From Leucoraja erinacea (lineage: Eukaryota), in assembly GCF_028641065.1 (NCBI RefSeq), contig NC_073401.1:24366001-24430000 (forward strand): DNA of 64,000 nt. The letters are read 5' to 3'. A program made the translations under genes and the position numbers. Numbering within the stretch: the first letter of the stretch is position 1; every line of letters starts with the position of its first letter. The notes beneath the pieces were generated by a model that saw nothing but the letters and a program-made list of their open reading frames with translations, had not been told where the DNA came from and made no database searches. Below are positions 35,373 to 48,000 of the stretch, one piece after another.

Positions 35373-36289
35373 AGGAATTTTAAAATGAAATCTGAAAAAG
35401 GGTTACAGAGCCAGAGATGATATTTCTCAGATTGCAATAACTTACTGGCAAAAAAAAAAATAGACAAACGTAAAAAGGATTAAAAAGCAAAAAACTGGCA
35501 GTACAATGCATGGGGAAGCAAGACATTATTTACCAAAACACCACTTCATCTAGAAGAGAAAAATTGAAATCAGAAACAAAAACAAAAAAAATTGCTCCCC
35601 GTGATGCATTTTCACAAATAGCATTTATTGCTGTTACAAACAAAATTGTTTGTATATCCAGTAGTGTTTTATCGTTTAAAAACAAGAGCAAAGCTAGCAA
35701 CTCTCCACAGGTCTGTCCGGGCTGTCTCTCCATTGACACTGGACGAGCAAGAAGACCCTGGAACAAACTAACAGAGAATCGCAGCGTTTTAATGCCCCCA
35801 AATCATTATTATTTTAAAAACAAACAGATTTCTGTTTTGTTATTTCCACTGTAAGCGCTAAACTGGTCTTAATCTTTAAAAAAAAAAATTCAGCTCCTGG
35901 ACCTTTCATTTCATTCTCCCTCTAAAACACATTAATTAAAAAAGTATTTTACAATAAACCGAGGTGACACGTTGGAATGGTGCTGTGGCCGTATTTTAAA
36001 CATGTGAGAGTCTGCAGTGAGGAGGAGCCCCCTGGTGGATCAACGCCATTTCTCCTCCTTTCAAACAAAAGGTTCTGATGATTGCTGTCCACTCACTCCT
36101 GCTGACGGGACAGGACACTCACGCTCCCCTACCCAGGGGGGTGAGGGGGTCTCTGGGGGTCCCCGCAGCTTTCCGCCAGTCTCTTTCCACTGGTAGCTGG
36201 GTGGGGGACAGGGTGGTGGGTGGGTGAGAGGGTGATGGGAATTATCACCGTACCTTGCCTTCCCCCCTCCCCCCCGGCAGCATATTACC

Positions 36290-36845
36290 CTGGGGGGGGG
36301 GGGGGGGATCTGCTGCAGGGTGCATAAAGGAGGGGGGGGGGGGGGGAGTGGGTTTTAAAGCAAACCCAGGGAGGGGAGATATGCTTACAGGGGTATAAAA
36401 TGGAGGGAGGAAGGGGTGGGTGGGTTGTAAGCAGACCTGAGGCGAGGGGGGGGGGGGGGGGGGGGGGGGATATATGCTGTAGGGGTATATAAAGGGCGGA
36501 TGGGGTAGGTTGGAAGCAGGGAGAGAAGTATTGCTGTTGAGGTATAAAATGGGGAGTGGAGGGGTGGGTTGAAAACAGACCTGAGGGGTGGGGGGGGGGG
36601 AAAGATATGCTATAGGGGTATAAAATTGGGGGGGGGGGGAAGATATGCAATAGGGGTATAAAATTGGGGGGAGGAAGGGGTGGGCTGAAAGCAGAAATGG
36701 GTAATGGGGGGGGGGGGGGGGGAGGAGATGGTTGCAGGGGTATAAAACGGAGAGTGGGGGGGGGTGGTTGAAAGCAGGCCGGTGGGGAGATATAGACTGC
36801 GGGCGTATAAAAAAAGAGGGGGGGGGGCGGGTTGTAAGCAGGCAG
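36290..36845. repeat. Degenerate ~60-bp minisatellite inside MSI1 3' UTR
   Basis: Repeated GGAGATATGC..TAGGGGTATAAAA..GGGTTGAAAGCAG units. Confidence 0.75.
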
Positions 36846-37773
36846 GCGTACGACTCGCCCCCCCCCCCCCCCCACCCTCTCTCTCTCCCTCTCGGCCACA
36901 GGAGACGGCCTCCTGACCTCTGTGAGCGGGAGCCGAGGTCGAGTCGACCACCCCCTGCCTCACGCACACGCAGACCAGAGTCTGCGAGGAAACAAGAACA
37001 AGCCAGCCGTGTCCGGACGTGACGGGATTAAAAGAAAAAACCGGGAAAGCTGATGGCTTGAAGGAAGCCACCAGCCGGGGTTAAAACAGCAGTAGCCATA
37101 GCGACAGCCATTCCTTCTCAAACTGGGGTCAAAGTTCAGACCAGGGCCCGGCCTACACAACCTTTACAGATATGGAGTTTACATGTGGATTTTTAAAAAA
37201 ATGTTGTTTCTTTAGCAGCTTCATGACCCTCTTCAGGTTACTGGTCATCTTTTAATATTTTTTAAATCTTTAACCAATGTCCTTCATTTAAATGAGAAGT
37301 CAGAGAATAAAAAGCAATCCTACGGTAATATTAGCCCCATAAAAACACCAACTACAAGATTTTGCTGGGAGTTCACTACAGTATTGCTAATCCTCAGGCT
37401 GTGTAGGCACCTGCAAACTAACCTTTTCTGAAAAATACTACTGTACTCAAAAAAGAACCTTTTGTGCAGAAGGCAAATACAAATCCAGCTTGTTCTATTT
37501 ACATATTTTACAGAAACGTTTTATCCAATTTCAGAAAAAAATACTTTTATGATTCATAGTGTTTTTTTTTTACCAAAATATACATTTTTGACCTGCAGAT
37601 GTTTGATCCATGCTAACTGGAATTCAGTGTTAATAGATGACATTTACAAAGAATATCAAAATAAATTGTATTTAGACAAGATTTCATTTTCTTTTGGAGT
37701 GTTTTACATTACCCTCTTTAGCTCTTACTCATTAAAAACAAGATCTGGCAAAATAAAAGGTCAAAAGATATGA

Positions 37774-37809
<36 letters not shown>

Positions 37810-39873
37810 CCTCAGCAAAAATGTTCTAACACGATCACAAATTCTCATCTTAAAAAGTATGCATCTAAACACTTTCAAATAAGCAACAACGTCAAAAGGA
37901 AGACACGGCTTAAAACTGATCGATCCTTAAGCTAAAAATAAAATTAAAATAAAATAAATTAAAAAAAGTCAGGAGAAACAAAGAAGCGTAAACTTTGAAT
38001 GTTAGTGTAGGAGTGAGATGTTCTCTTCAGTTGTTGGGACGGGGCGGTGGGAGGTGGGTTAATGGTAGTAAGTCAGTGTGTGCAGTAAAATGGTCAAAGT
38101 TGCCTGAGCTCCACCAAGGCCCACATCCCATCCTCGTGCTCGCAGGCAAGGCCCTGGAGACAAGAGAAACGCAGCGAGTTAGAACCTCCACCAAACAGGG
38201 GACAACCTGCCACCATTTTGGCTCATCGTGTCCATGCTAGCACCGATTGTAGTCCCATCGATCCCATTGTCCCCTCGCCGCCCCCCCCCCCCCCCCCCCC
38301 TTCCTGAGGCGCACTCTGTCTGACGCCCCCTATCACTTCCCCCCTCCCCCACCCCCCGAATAATTCTCCTCCCGCCCGCCTTCACGCCAGGGACAATTCA
38401 CGGCGGCTTATCAAGCCCCCACCGACCCGCACGACTTTGGGATGTGGGAGGAAACCGGAGCACCCGGAGGAAACCCACGCGTGCAAACTCTCCACACAGA
38501 CGAGACAGCAGCCGAGGTCAGGATCGAACCCAGGTCTCTGACGCCGTGAGGCAGCGGCTCTACCAGCTGTGCCACCGTGAGGTTTCACCAGGATGGGTAT
38601 CCATCTTAAGAGCAGGAAACAGGTCCTTCGGCCCAACTTGCTCATACTGACCCATCCACACTAGTCCCACCTGTCTCCACTTGATCCATTTCCTTCTAAA
38701 CCTTGCCTATCCATCTACCTATCCAAATGTACTTTAGATGTTGTATAGTACCAGCCTCAACTACCTCCTCTGGCAGTGCATTCTATACACCCATCACTCT
38801 GTGCGAAAAAGCTGCTCCTCAGGTTCCTATTAAATCTCTCCCCTCTCACCTTAAACCTGCGACCTCTGGTTCTTGATTCCCCTGCTCTGGGTAAATGACT
38901 CTGAGCATTCAACTTATCTTGTTCCATCATGATTTTACACACTTCAATAAGATCACTGGTCAATCTCTAGTGCTCCAAGGAATCCAGTCCCGGCCTACTC
39001 AACCTCTCCCTAAAGCTCAGGCCCTCCAGTCCTGGCAATATCCTCATAACTCTTCCCTGGGACTCGTTCCAGCTTAACAACATATTTCCTAGACAGACAT
39101 AAAGTACTGGAGTAACTCAGTCCGCAGAAGGGTCTCGACCTGAAACGTCACCTATTCCTTCGCTCCATAGATGCTGCCTCACCCACTGAGTTTCTCCAGC
39201 AATTTTGTCTACCTTCGATTTTTCCAGCATCTACAGTTCTTTCTTAAACACGGAGTAACTCAGTGGGACAGGCAGCATTTGTGGAGAAAAAGGATGGGTG
39301 ACATTTCAGGCCGGAACCCATCTTCTGATTCAGTTCTGAATCTGAAGAAGGGGTCTGACCCGAAAAATCACCCATTCTTTTTCTCCAGAGATGCTGCCCG
39401 ACCCGCTGAGTTACTCCAGCATCTTCAGCATGTCCCAGCATCTGTAGTTCCTTCCTAAACATTTTTCCTAGAGCAGGGTGGCCACAACTGAATACAATAC
39501 TCCCATTCTGCGACGACCCCTCTCTGAGTCTGTGTGGGACGGGGGTCTGGACTGGACCCTGTCCCCGTCTATTGAGCACGGGATGATTGTGTGGGTTCCT
39601 GCCCACCCCTGCTTTCATGCTGACCAGGGTCAGCTGACCAGGCAGGGGTCACAGTGCCTGACCCTCTGGCCCAGCCAAGCTGGCGGTGACAGTTCCAACT
39701 GAGGGGATTGTCCAGGCCAGGCTCCGGGCAGAACGCTAGGCCCCGTCGCCCCGGGTTACCGCAGGTAGGTGAAGGTGCTGGCGAAGCCCATGGCCGCCAG
39801 TTCCCTCCCTCTTCCCCCACCAGACCCATCATCCACCATCTTACCTCCTTTTTCAGATTTGCAGGCCTCTGCT

Positions 39874-39915
39874 TTAGTGGTAACCGTTTGTGAAAGCTGT
39901 CGCGATCAACGGGCC
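39874..39915 (-). CDS. MSI1: MSI1 exon 14 coding part (exon extends to 39845)
   Basis: [13 protein letters not shown]; donor GAG|gtaaga at 39845/39844. Confidence 0.95.
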   Translation of the reverse strand, partial: GPLIATAFTNGYH

Positions 39916-42041
39916 CTGAAACAGACAGAAGAGTGAGCGGGGACTTGGGACTGGGCCAGCGGGGCCCCTGCAGCAAACCCCCCCCCCCCCCCCCCCTCAC
40001 TCCTGTCCGCACACCTAGCCCTGTAGGGTCACGGTGTGGGGGGAGTGGGCCTGGAGGTCACAGAGTGTTGGGGAGAAGGTCACAGAGTTTTAGCAGTCAC
40101 CATTGCCCAGGGCTGCTGGGAAGGCAAGGCCCCACTTCACCGGTAACTGCGCTCAGAGTCAAATCTCGCCTCATCCAACGAGTAGACGGACAGAGGCTTC
40201 CTCCTACATCCTCCCAGGTGCCAATAGGGAACGCGCTTGGCAGGGCAGGATCCAGCACGGGGGCTTTAGTCTAGTTTAGTGTTAGAGATGCAGTGTGGAA
40301 ATAGGCCCTTCGGCCCACCAAGTCTGTGCCGATAGCAATCCTCACACACTAACATCATCCTGCACTCTAGGGACAATTTACAATTTTACCAAGTCAATTA
40401 ACCTACAAACCTGCACGTCTTTGGCATGTGGGAGAATACTGGAGCACCCGGGAAAACCCCATAGAGGTACAAACTCCATACAGAGAGAAACTGCATTTAG
40501 AGAGTTTGGAGGTACAGGTTCGAGACTCGGCCCACTAACCCACTATTCCGCTAGCCCTAAGAGCTCTATCTAACTCTCATTTGAATGCATCCAGTGAATT
40601 GGCCTCCATTGCCTTCTGAGGCGGAGAATTCCACAAATTCACAACTCTCTGTGTGAAAATGTTCATCCTCATCTCAGTTCTAAATGGCCTACCCCTTATT
40701 CTTAAACTGTGGCCCCTAGTTCTGGACTGCCCCAACATCGGGAACATGTTTCCTGCCTCTAGCCTGTCCAATCCCTTAATAATTTTACATGTTTCTATAA
40801 GATTCCCTCTCATGCTTCTAAATTCCGGTGAATACAAGCCCAGTCGCTCCATTCTTTCATCATATGTCAGTCCCGCCATCCCGGGAATTAATCTCGTGAA
40901 CCTACGCTGCACTCCTTCAATAGCAAGAATGTCCTTCCTCAAATTAGGAGAACAAAACTGCACACAATACTCCAGGTGTGGTCTCACCAGGGCCCTGTAC
41001 AACTGCAGAAGGACCTCGTTGCTCGTATACTCAACTCTTCTTGTTATGAAGGCCAACATGCCATTGGCGTTCTTCACTGCCTGCTGTACCTGTATGCCCT
41101 CAGCTGTGAGTGGGCTTCTGCTGTCCACCGCCGGTGACGTTCTGCAGGTCTCCGCTCGCTTGCCTGGTCGCCGTTGGGCTGTGGCCACACCCACAACGCA
41201 TCTCCGAGGCGGCACGGTGGCGCAGCGGTAGAGTTGCTGCCTCACCACGCCAGAGACCCGGGTTCGATCCTGACCACAGGTGCTGTCTGTATGGAGTTCG
41301 TACGTTCTCCCCCGTGACCTGCGTGGCTTTTCTCCGGGTGCTCCGGTTTCCTCCCACACTCCAAAGATGTGCAGGTCTTTAGGTTGATTTGGCTTTGGTA
41401 AAAATTGTAAATTGTCCCTGGTGTGTTGGATAATGCTAGTGTGCGGGAATCGCTGGTTGGCACGGACTCAGTGGGCCGAAGGGCCTGTCTCCGCGTCGTA
41501 CCTCTAATCTAAACCTCCTACTTAGTCTGGCGTAGTGGGACATGGAAACATCAGCCTCCTTTACCCTGTGACCAGGGGCACATTGGAACGGGGTGTCTCT
41601 GCTTCTGACAAAGCACAGAGGGAGGCCATTCAGCCCTCTGGGTCTGTGCTGGCCACCGGCAGAGGCAGAGATTCCCGATAAACTCGGGTGAAAGGTGGCC
41701 GAGGTTGAGGTTGGGGTGAGGTCAGCTGCAATCCCTCGCTGGTGGGATGGCAGGTTGTACCCGCCCCGGAGATAGACACAAATAGCTGGAGTAACTCAGC
41801 AAGTCAGGCAGCATCAAAAGGAATAGATGATGTTTTGGATCGAGACCCTTCTTCAGAATGAAAGATATGCTAAAAACAACGATGATGAAGGAAAGGTGGA
41901 GCCCACAATGGTCCATTGTTGGCTGTGTGGGCAAGGTGATAATGAGTTATATAGACAGTGAAACTCAACAGGACAACAGTGAAACTAGTACAATGACTAG
42001 GGTGGGGGGGGGGGGGGGGGGGGGGACGGGGGGGGGGGGGT

Positions 42042-42085
<44 letters not shown>

Positions 42086-45000
42086 TGCAAAGCTTTCCTT
42101 GATCATCATTGCTTTTTGTAAATCTTTAATTTGTTTGTTTTATATCTCTTCCCTTTCCCTTGACGCTCAGTCTGAAGAAGGGTCTCGACCCCAAACGTCA
42201 CCCATTCCTTCTCTCCAGAGATGCTGCCCGTCCCGCTGAGTTGCTCCAGCATTTTGTGTGTGTCTTTGGTGTAAACCAGCATGTGCCGTTGCTTCCTACA
42301 CACTCTGTGTGTCCGTGGCTGTTACTGTCGGTCACTTACCCCGAGGCTGTGGCCAAACCCAGTGCTGGGCGCAGGGCTGGCCGCACTGATGTAGCTGCTC
42401 ACCCCCGAGTCCTGGTTGGCGGCCCCATACAGGTCGGCCATCGGCCCCGGGCTGGTGGTCCCCAGGAACCCGCCCGTGCGGGTCGGGGTGGAGCCTGGTG
42501 GGGAGAGGGGGGCAGCAGTGTCAGCACCTCTCACTGACCAATACGTCTACATACTGACCAACCCACACACACACTGACCCACACACACACTGACACACAC
42601 ACACCCACACACTGACCCACACACACCCACACACTGACCAACCCACCTTTGACACTGACCTACCCACACCCACACTGACCCCAACCCACACCCACACACT
42701 GACCCTGACCCCCACACACACACACACACTGACCCCAACCCACACCCACACTGACCCCACACACACACACACACTGACCCAACACCCACACTGACCAACT
42801 CACACCCACCACCCCAACCCACACACACACACACTGACCCCCACACACACACCCCCACACACCCAACCCACACCCACACACNNNNNNNNNNNNNNNNNNN
42901 NNNNNNNNNNNNNNNNNNNNNNNNNNNNNNNNNNNNNNNNNNNNNNNNNNNNNNNNNNNNNNNNNNNNNNNNNNNNNNNNNNNNNNNNNNNNNNNNNNNN
43001 NNNNNNNNNNNNNNNNNNNNNNNNNNNNNNNNNNNNNNNNNNNNNNNNNNNNNNNNNNNNNNNNNNNNNNNNNNNNNNNNNNNNNNNNNNNNNNNNNNNN
43101 NNNNNNNNNNNNNNNNNNNNNNNNNNNNNNNNNNNNNNNNNNNNNNNNNNNNNACCCACACACTGACCCACCCACACAATGCACCCCCTCACTGACCACT
43201 GACACACTGACCAGACTAACAGACCACTGACTTGCTGACCTCTGACTGATGGACCACTAACTGAATGACCAAACTAGTGGGCCACTAACTAACTGACCAC
43301 TGCCTGAATGACCAGACTATCTGACCACTGACTGACCAACTCAAGAAAAGGTTTTCCCCTCAACAGCCGCTAATTGACCCCTGACCGCACTGACCACGAT
43401 GACCTCTGACCCCACTGACCACCGTTGCCCTAAACCCAAGTCTCCTGATCGTTCAATGGCCCCATTGACTCCGCACTGACCTGCCAAATGCCCACTGGTC
43501 TTTGACACGACGCACCGCTCACACGACCCCAACCCCGACCTCAACCCCGACCCTGACCCCGTACCTTGACTGAACCTTCCCACCGGTGCCGAAGCTGGAG
43601 GGAGGTCGGGCGGGCGGAGGGTGGGACCCTGGGTGGGAAGGGGTGAAGGCGGTGGGGGGGGGGGGGGGGTAACGTGGACAGCGGTGGGAGTGTGGGCGGG
43701 GAGTGGTGGTGGGGGAGATTGTAGACAGGGGTGGGAGGGGGAGCGGTGTGTAGAGGGATGGGGGTCCCCCGGGTGCCCTTACCTGTCCCGCGAACTACAG
43801 CTGCCGCGGCAGCCGCGGCCATTGGTCCGTACGCGGTGAGGGGGATCGCTGGGGGGGGGAGGGGGGAGAGAGAGAGAGAGAGAGATCAGTGCAACGTTCA
43901 ACAATCACACCACCCACCCCAGGGACTCCCCGCCCCCGTCCCCATCCCCCCCACCTGACACCCCCAACCTTGGCGATGTACAGATGGGGTCAACCCCCCC
44001 CCCCCCACCTACCCCCCAGTCTCCAGCAGGGGGCGGTGGTCCCACAACCAGTATGAAGAAGGCCCCGTCCCGAAACATCAACTACCCTTGTCCTCCAAAG
44101 ATGCTGCCTGACCCAATGAGTTACTCCAGCACTTTGTGTGTTTTACTGCTGTGGAAGCCCAGTCTCTACACTCTCTTTGAGTTCAAGGCCACAGCGAGGT
44201 GGGTCTAAGCCCCAAGACCGTCAAACTATCTTTAATTGGACTTTATCTTGCATTGGACATTGTACCTCTCATCCTTTATCTGTATACTGTGGATGGTCGA
44301 TTGTAATCATGTATAGTCTTGTTGCTGCCTGGACAGCGTGCAACAAAACGCTTTTCAATGAACCTCGGTATACATGACCATAATAGAGTAAACTAAACTA
44401 AATATCTGTGGGGGAGAGGGGGCAGGGTGGAGATGGAAGTTGAGGGAAGAGGAAGGGAGGTGAGGAGATGGGCGAAGGGAGGGGAGGAGTGGGAAGGTGA
44501 GAGGGGAGAGGAGGGGAGCAGAGGCGGGGAGGAGGGGAGCGGGGGGGGGGAGGGGGGAGAGGTGGGGAGAGGAGGAGAGGAGAGGAGAGGAGAGGAGAGG
44601 AGAAGAGAGGAGAGGAGAGTGTAGGAGAGGAGAGGAGAGGAGAGGAGAGGAGAGAGGGAGGAGGAGTGGAGGAGGGGAGGAGAGGCGGGAGGCGAGGCGA
44701 GGGGAGGAGGGGAGAGAGGAGAGGAGGAGAGGAGAGGGGACGGGAGAGGAGGTTAGGAGGAGGGGCGAGGGGGAGGAGGAGAGAGAGGGAGGAGGGGGGA
44801 GGGAGAAGGGGGTAGAGGAGAGGAGAGGTGGGGAGGGGAGGAGAGGCAGGGAGAGTGGAGGAGGGGAGCAGAGTGTATTGTGAGCCTCTGTCACACCACA
44901 GGCTGAAGCTGCCTCCACTTTAGAGCTGAGACAGCACTGCCACCCAGTGGACAGCCCCCCACATTACTCTTGGACAAGAAGCTTTATAAGTTTTCAACAT

Positions 45001-48000
45001 GGAGTTCAGATGTAGGTACATTTCCTTGTGCTTGTGATAGTGGAGAGAAGGGGGGGTTGTAGGAATAGAGATGACAAAATGTAGAAGGGGAGGTATCAGA
45101 GAGGAAGGAGTGTGGGATTAGATGGGGCAGGGCTTCAGGGTAGAAACCCTGCACCCCCCTCACCCCCCCCCCCCCCCCCCCCCCTCCCACGTCTGTCACC
45201 CACCTCCGAAGACAGACACAAAGTGCTGGAGTAACTCGAATGGTGACGGGTCAGGGCCCTTTCTTCAGGCTATTCCTTCTCTCTGGAGATGCTGCCTGAC
45301 CCGCTGAGTTACTCCAGCATTTTGTGTGTCTGTCTTTCGGGGCAAACCAGCATCTGTCGTTGCTCCCCGCTGCCCATTTGGTGCCTCACCTCCTGTTGGC
45401 CAGTCCTGGAGCAGCATTGAGGGTGGCCACTGGGAGGCCTGTACCCCGGTCTGGCCCGCTCTCCCAGCTGATGATGGAAGGGTTGCGGTTGGAGGCAGCA
45501 GCAACGGACCTGGAGTCGGGGCAAACACACGCAGGGGAGGGGCGACAAACCAGGAGAACAATTAAATAGGGCGACGGTAGAGCCGCTGCCTCACAGCTCC
45601 AGAGAATCTGCTTCGATCCTGACCCCGGGTGCTGTCTCTGTGGAGTTTGCCCGTCCTCCAACTTGGGTTTCCTCCGACATCCCAAAAAATCGAGTCACCT
45701 GTTCCTTTTCTCCAGAGATGCTGCCTGACCCGCTGAGTTACTCCAGCTTTTTTGGAGTCTTATCTCAAAAGATGTGCGGGCTTGTAGGTTAATCGGCGTC
45801 TGTAAATCGCCCCTGCTGTGTGTGTAGCGAGTGTTTGTGAAAGTGGGATAATATTGAACTATTGTGCAGGTAGGTGATCAATGGTCGGCATGGACTCGAT
45901 GGGCCAAAGGCCAGTTTGCATGCTCAATCTCTAGACTAAACCAAGAACTGGATAGACTCGGCTTGTACTCGCTAGAATTTAGAAGATTGAGGAGGGATCT
46001 TATAGAAACTTACAAGATTCTTAAGGGGTTGGACAGGCTAGATGCAGGAAGATTGTTCCCGATGTTGGGGAAGTCCAGAACAAGGAGTCACAGTTTAAGG
46101 ATAAGGGGGAAATCTTTTAGGACCGAGATGAGAAAAAAAAAATTCACACAGAGAGTGGTGAATCCCTGGAATTCTCTTCCACAGAATGTAGTTGAGGCCA
46201 GTTCATTGGCTATATTTAAGAGGGAGTTAGATGTGGCCCTTGTGGCTAAAGGGATCAGGGGTATGGAGAGAAGGCAGGTACAGGATACTGAGTTGGATGA
46301 TCAGCCATGATCATATTGAATGGCGGTGCAGGCTCGAAGGGCCGAATGGCCTTCTCCTGCACCTATTTTCTATGTTTCTATGTAAGAACTGGAGAGATGA
46401 AATGGAGGAAATTGCACGGATACACGGTTTTAATTTGTGCATATTTGCATTAATGCCCTTTTTAATGCAGTCTTTGTTTTTTCAATGTCTCGTGGAATTT
46501 GTGTTCTGTGTGTAGTCTGAGTCTACGTGCCTGCGTCTTTCGTAACTTAGTTGGCTGAAACATGGTGACTTTTATGTACTGCCTCGGTGAGGTCTGCTGT
46601 ACGGTTTACTGGGTTGTCTGCAAAAACAATGCATTTCACTGTACCAAGGTACATGGGACAAACATGTATCATTGAATTGAATCGTTGTGATGCTGCTGGG
46701 ATAATGTAGTGTGAACGGGCGATCAATGGTCGTTCATAAGTGATAGGAGCAGAATTGTGCCATTCGGCCCATCAAGTCTACTCCGCCATTTAATCACGGC
46801 TGATCCATCTTTTCCTCTCAACCACTTTCTCCTGCCTTCTCCCCGTAACCTTTGACACTCCTACTAATCAAGAGATCTTCGAGTTTCCTCCCACACTCCA
46901 AAGACGTACAGGTATGTAGGTTAATTGGCTTGGTGTACGTGTAAAATTGTATATAGAGTGCGTAGGATAGTGTTGATGTGCGGGGATTGATGGTCGGTGT
47001 GGACTCGGTGGGCCGAAGGGCCTGTTTCCTTGCTGTATCTCAGATCTTGACCAGAAACAAGTGTGTTTTATACTCCACTAAATACGCTTGCTGTTCGTCA
47101 CAAGGCGAAGGGGGAGAGAGGGGAGAGGAGGGAGAGGCCGGGAGGGGGATCACGGTGGAGAGGTTCCAACATACCTGGAAACTGGTAGGTGTAGCCAGGC
47201 GTGAGTCCAGTGTAGCCCCGACTCGCGTAGGAAGCAGCCTGGAATCCCGGGTAGCCTGCGGAATGAGCAGACGGGGGGGGGGGGGAGAAGTCAGGACCAT
47301 GCACCTNNNNNNNNNNNNNNNNNNNNNNNNNNNNNNNNNNNNNNNNNNNNNNNNNNNNNNNNNNNNNNNNNNNNNNNNNNNNNNNNNNNNNNNNNNNNNN
47401 NNNNNNNNNNNNNNNNNNNNNNNNNNNNNNNNNNNNNNNNNNNNNNNNNNNNNNNNNNNNNNNNNNNNNNNNNNNNNNNNNNNNNNNNNNNNNNNNNNNN
47501 NNNNNNNNNNNNNNNNNNNNNNNNNNNNNNNNNNNNNNNNNNNNNNNNNNNCAGAACCGGTCGGTGAAGGGCTGGAGGGTCGGCATTCCTTGGATGGGGA
47601 AAATGACCTGAAGGGGAGGGGGGGGAGGTAATGCTGGGATGGTGGGGGGGAAGGGGGAGAGAGATGGGGACGGGAGAGGAGGGAGGGAGATGCGGAGAGG
47701 GAAGGGGCGAGGAGGACGGGAGGGGGTTGGGGCAAGAGGGGGGAATGAGGGAGAGGCAGGAGGGGAGGAAGGGAAAAAAGGCGGATGAGGTGGAGAGAGC
47801 AGGGACCGAAAGATGGGAAGGAAGAGAGAGGGAGTAGAGAGGTGGCAGGAAGACTGGATCGCGGGGGTGGGATGGGGGGGCAGAGGGATACGAGAAGGGA
47901 GTGAAAGACAGGAGTGAGGGACAGAAGGGGAGAGAGGCAGGAAGGAGAGATGAGAAGGGTAGACGAGGGCCTTGGATAGAGGGGGCAAAGGGGTTTATTT

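Larger units (their letters stand above)
35350..38153 (-). other. MSI1: MSI1 terminal non-coding exon (3' UTR, ~2.8 kb)
   Basis: Acceptor tttctcttgtctccag| at 38154/38153; TE-free, U/AU-rich on - strand; ends near AATAAA with GU-rich downstream element. Confidence 0.7.

Noticed and set aside
41208-41290. tRNA gene
   Set aside because: tRNA-derived SINE head with Pol III boxes; no complete cloverleaf and followed by SINE body
44984-45010. ELHVENL resembling MSI1 exon 11 (EFRVERT)
   Set aside because: No preceding AG acceptor and an immediate stop; similarity too short
47552-47607. Possible extra MSI1 exon after a pyrimidine tract (ttcag|GTCATTTTCCCC...)
   Set aside because: Runs into an assembly gap (47307-47551); no donor visible and no homology recognised
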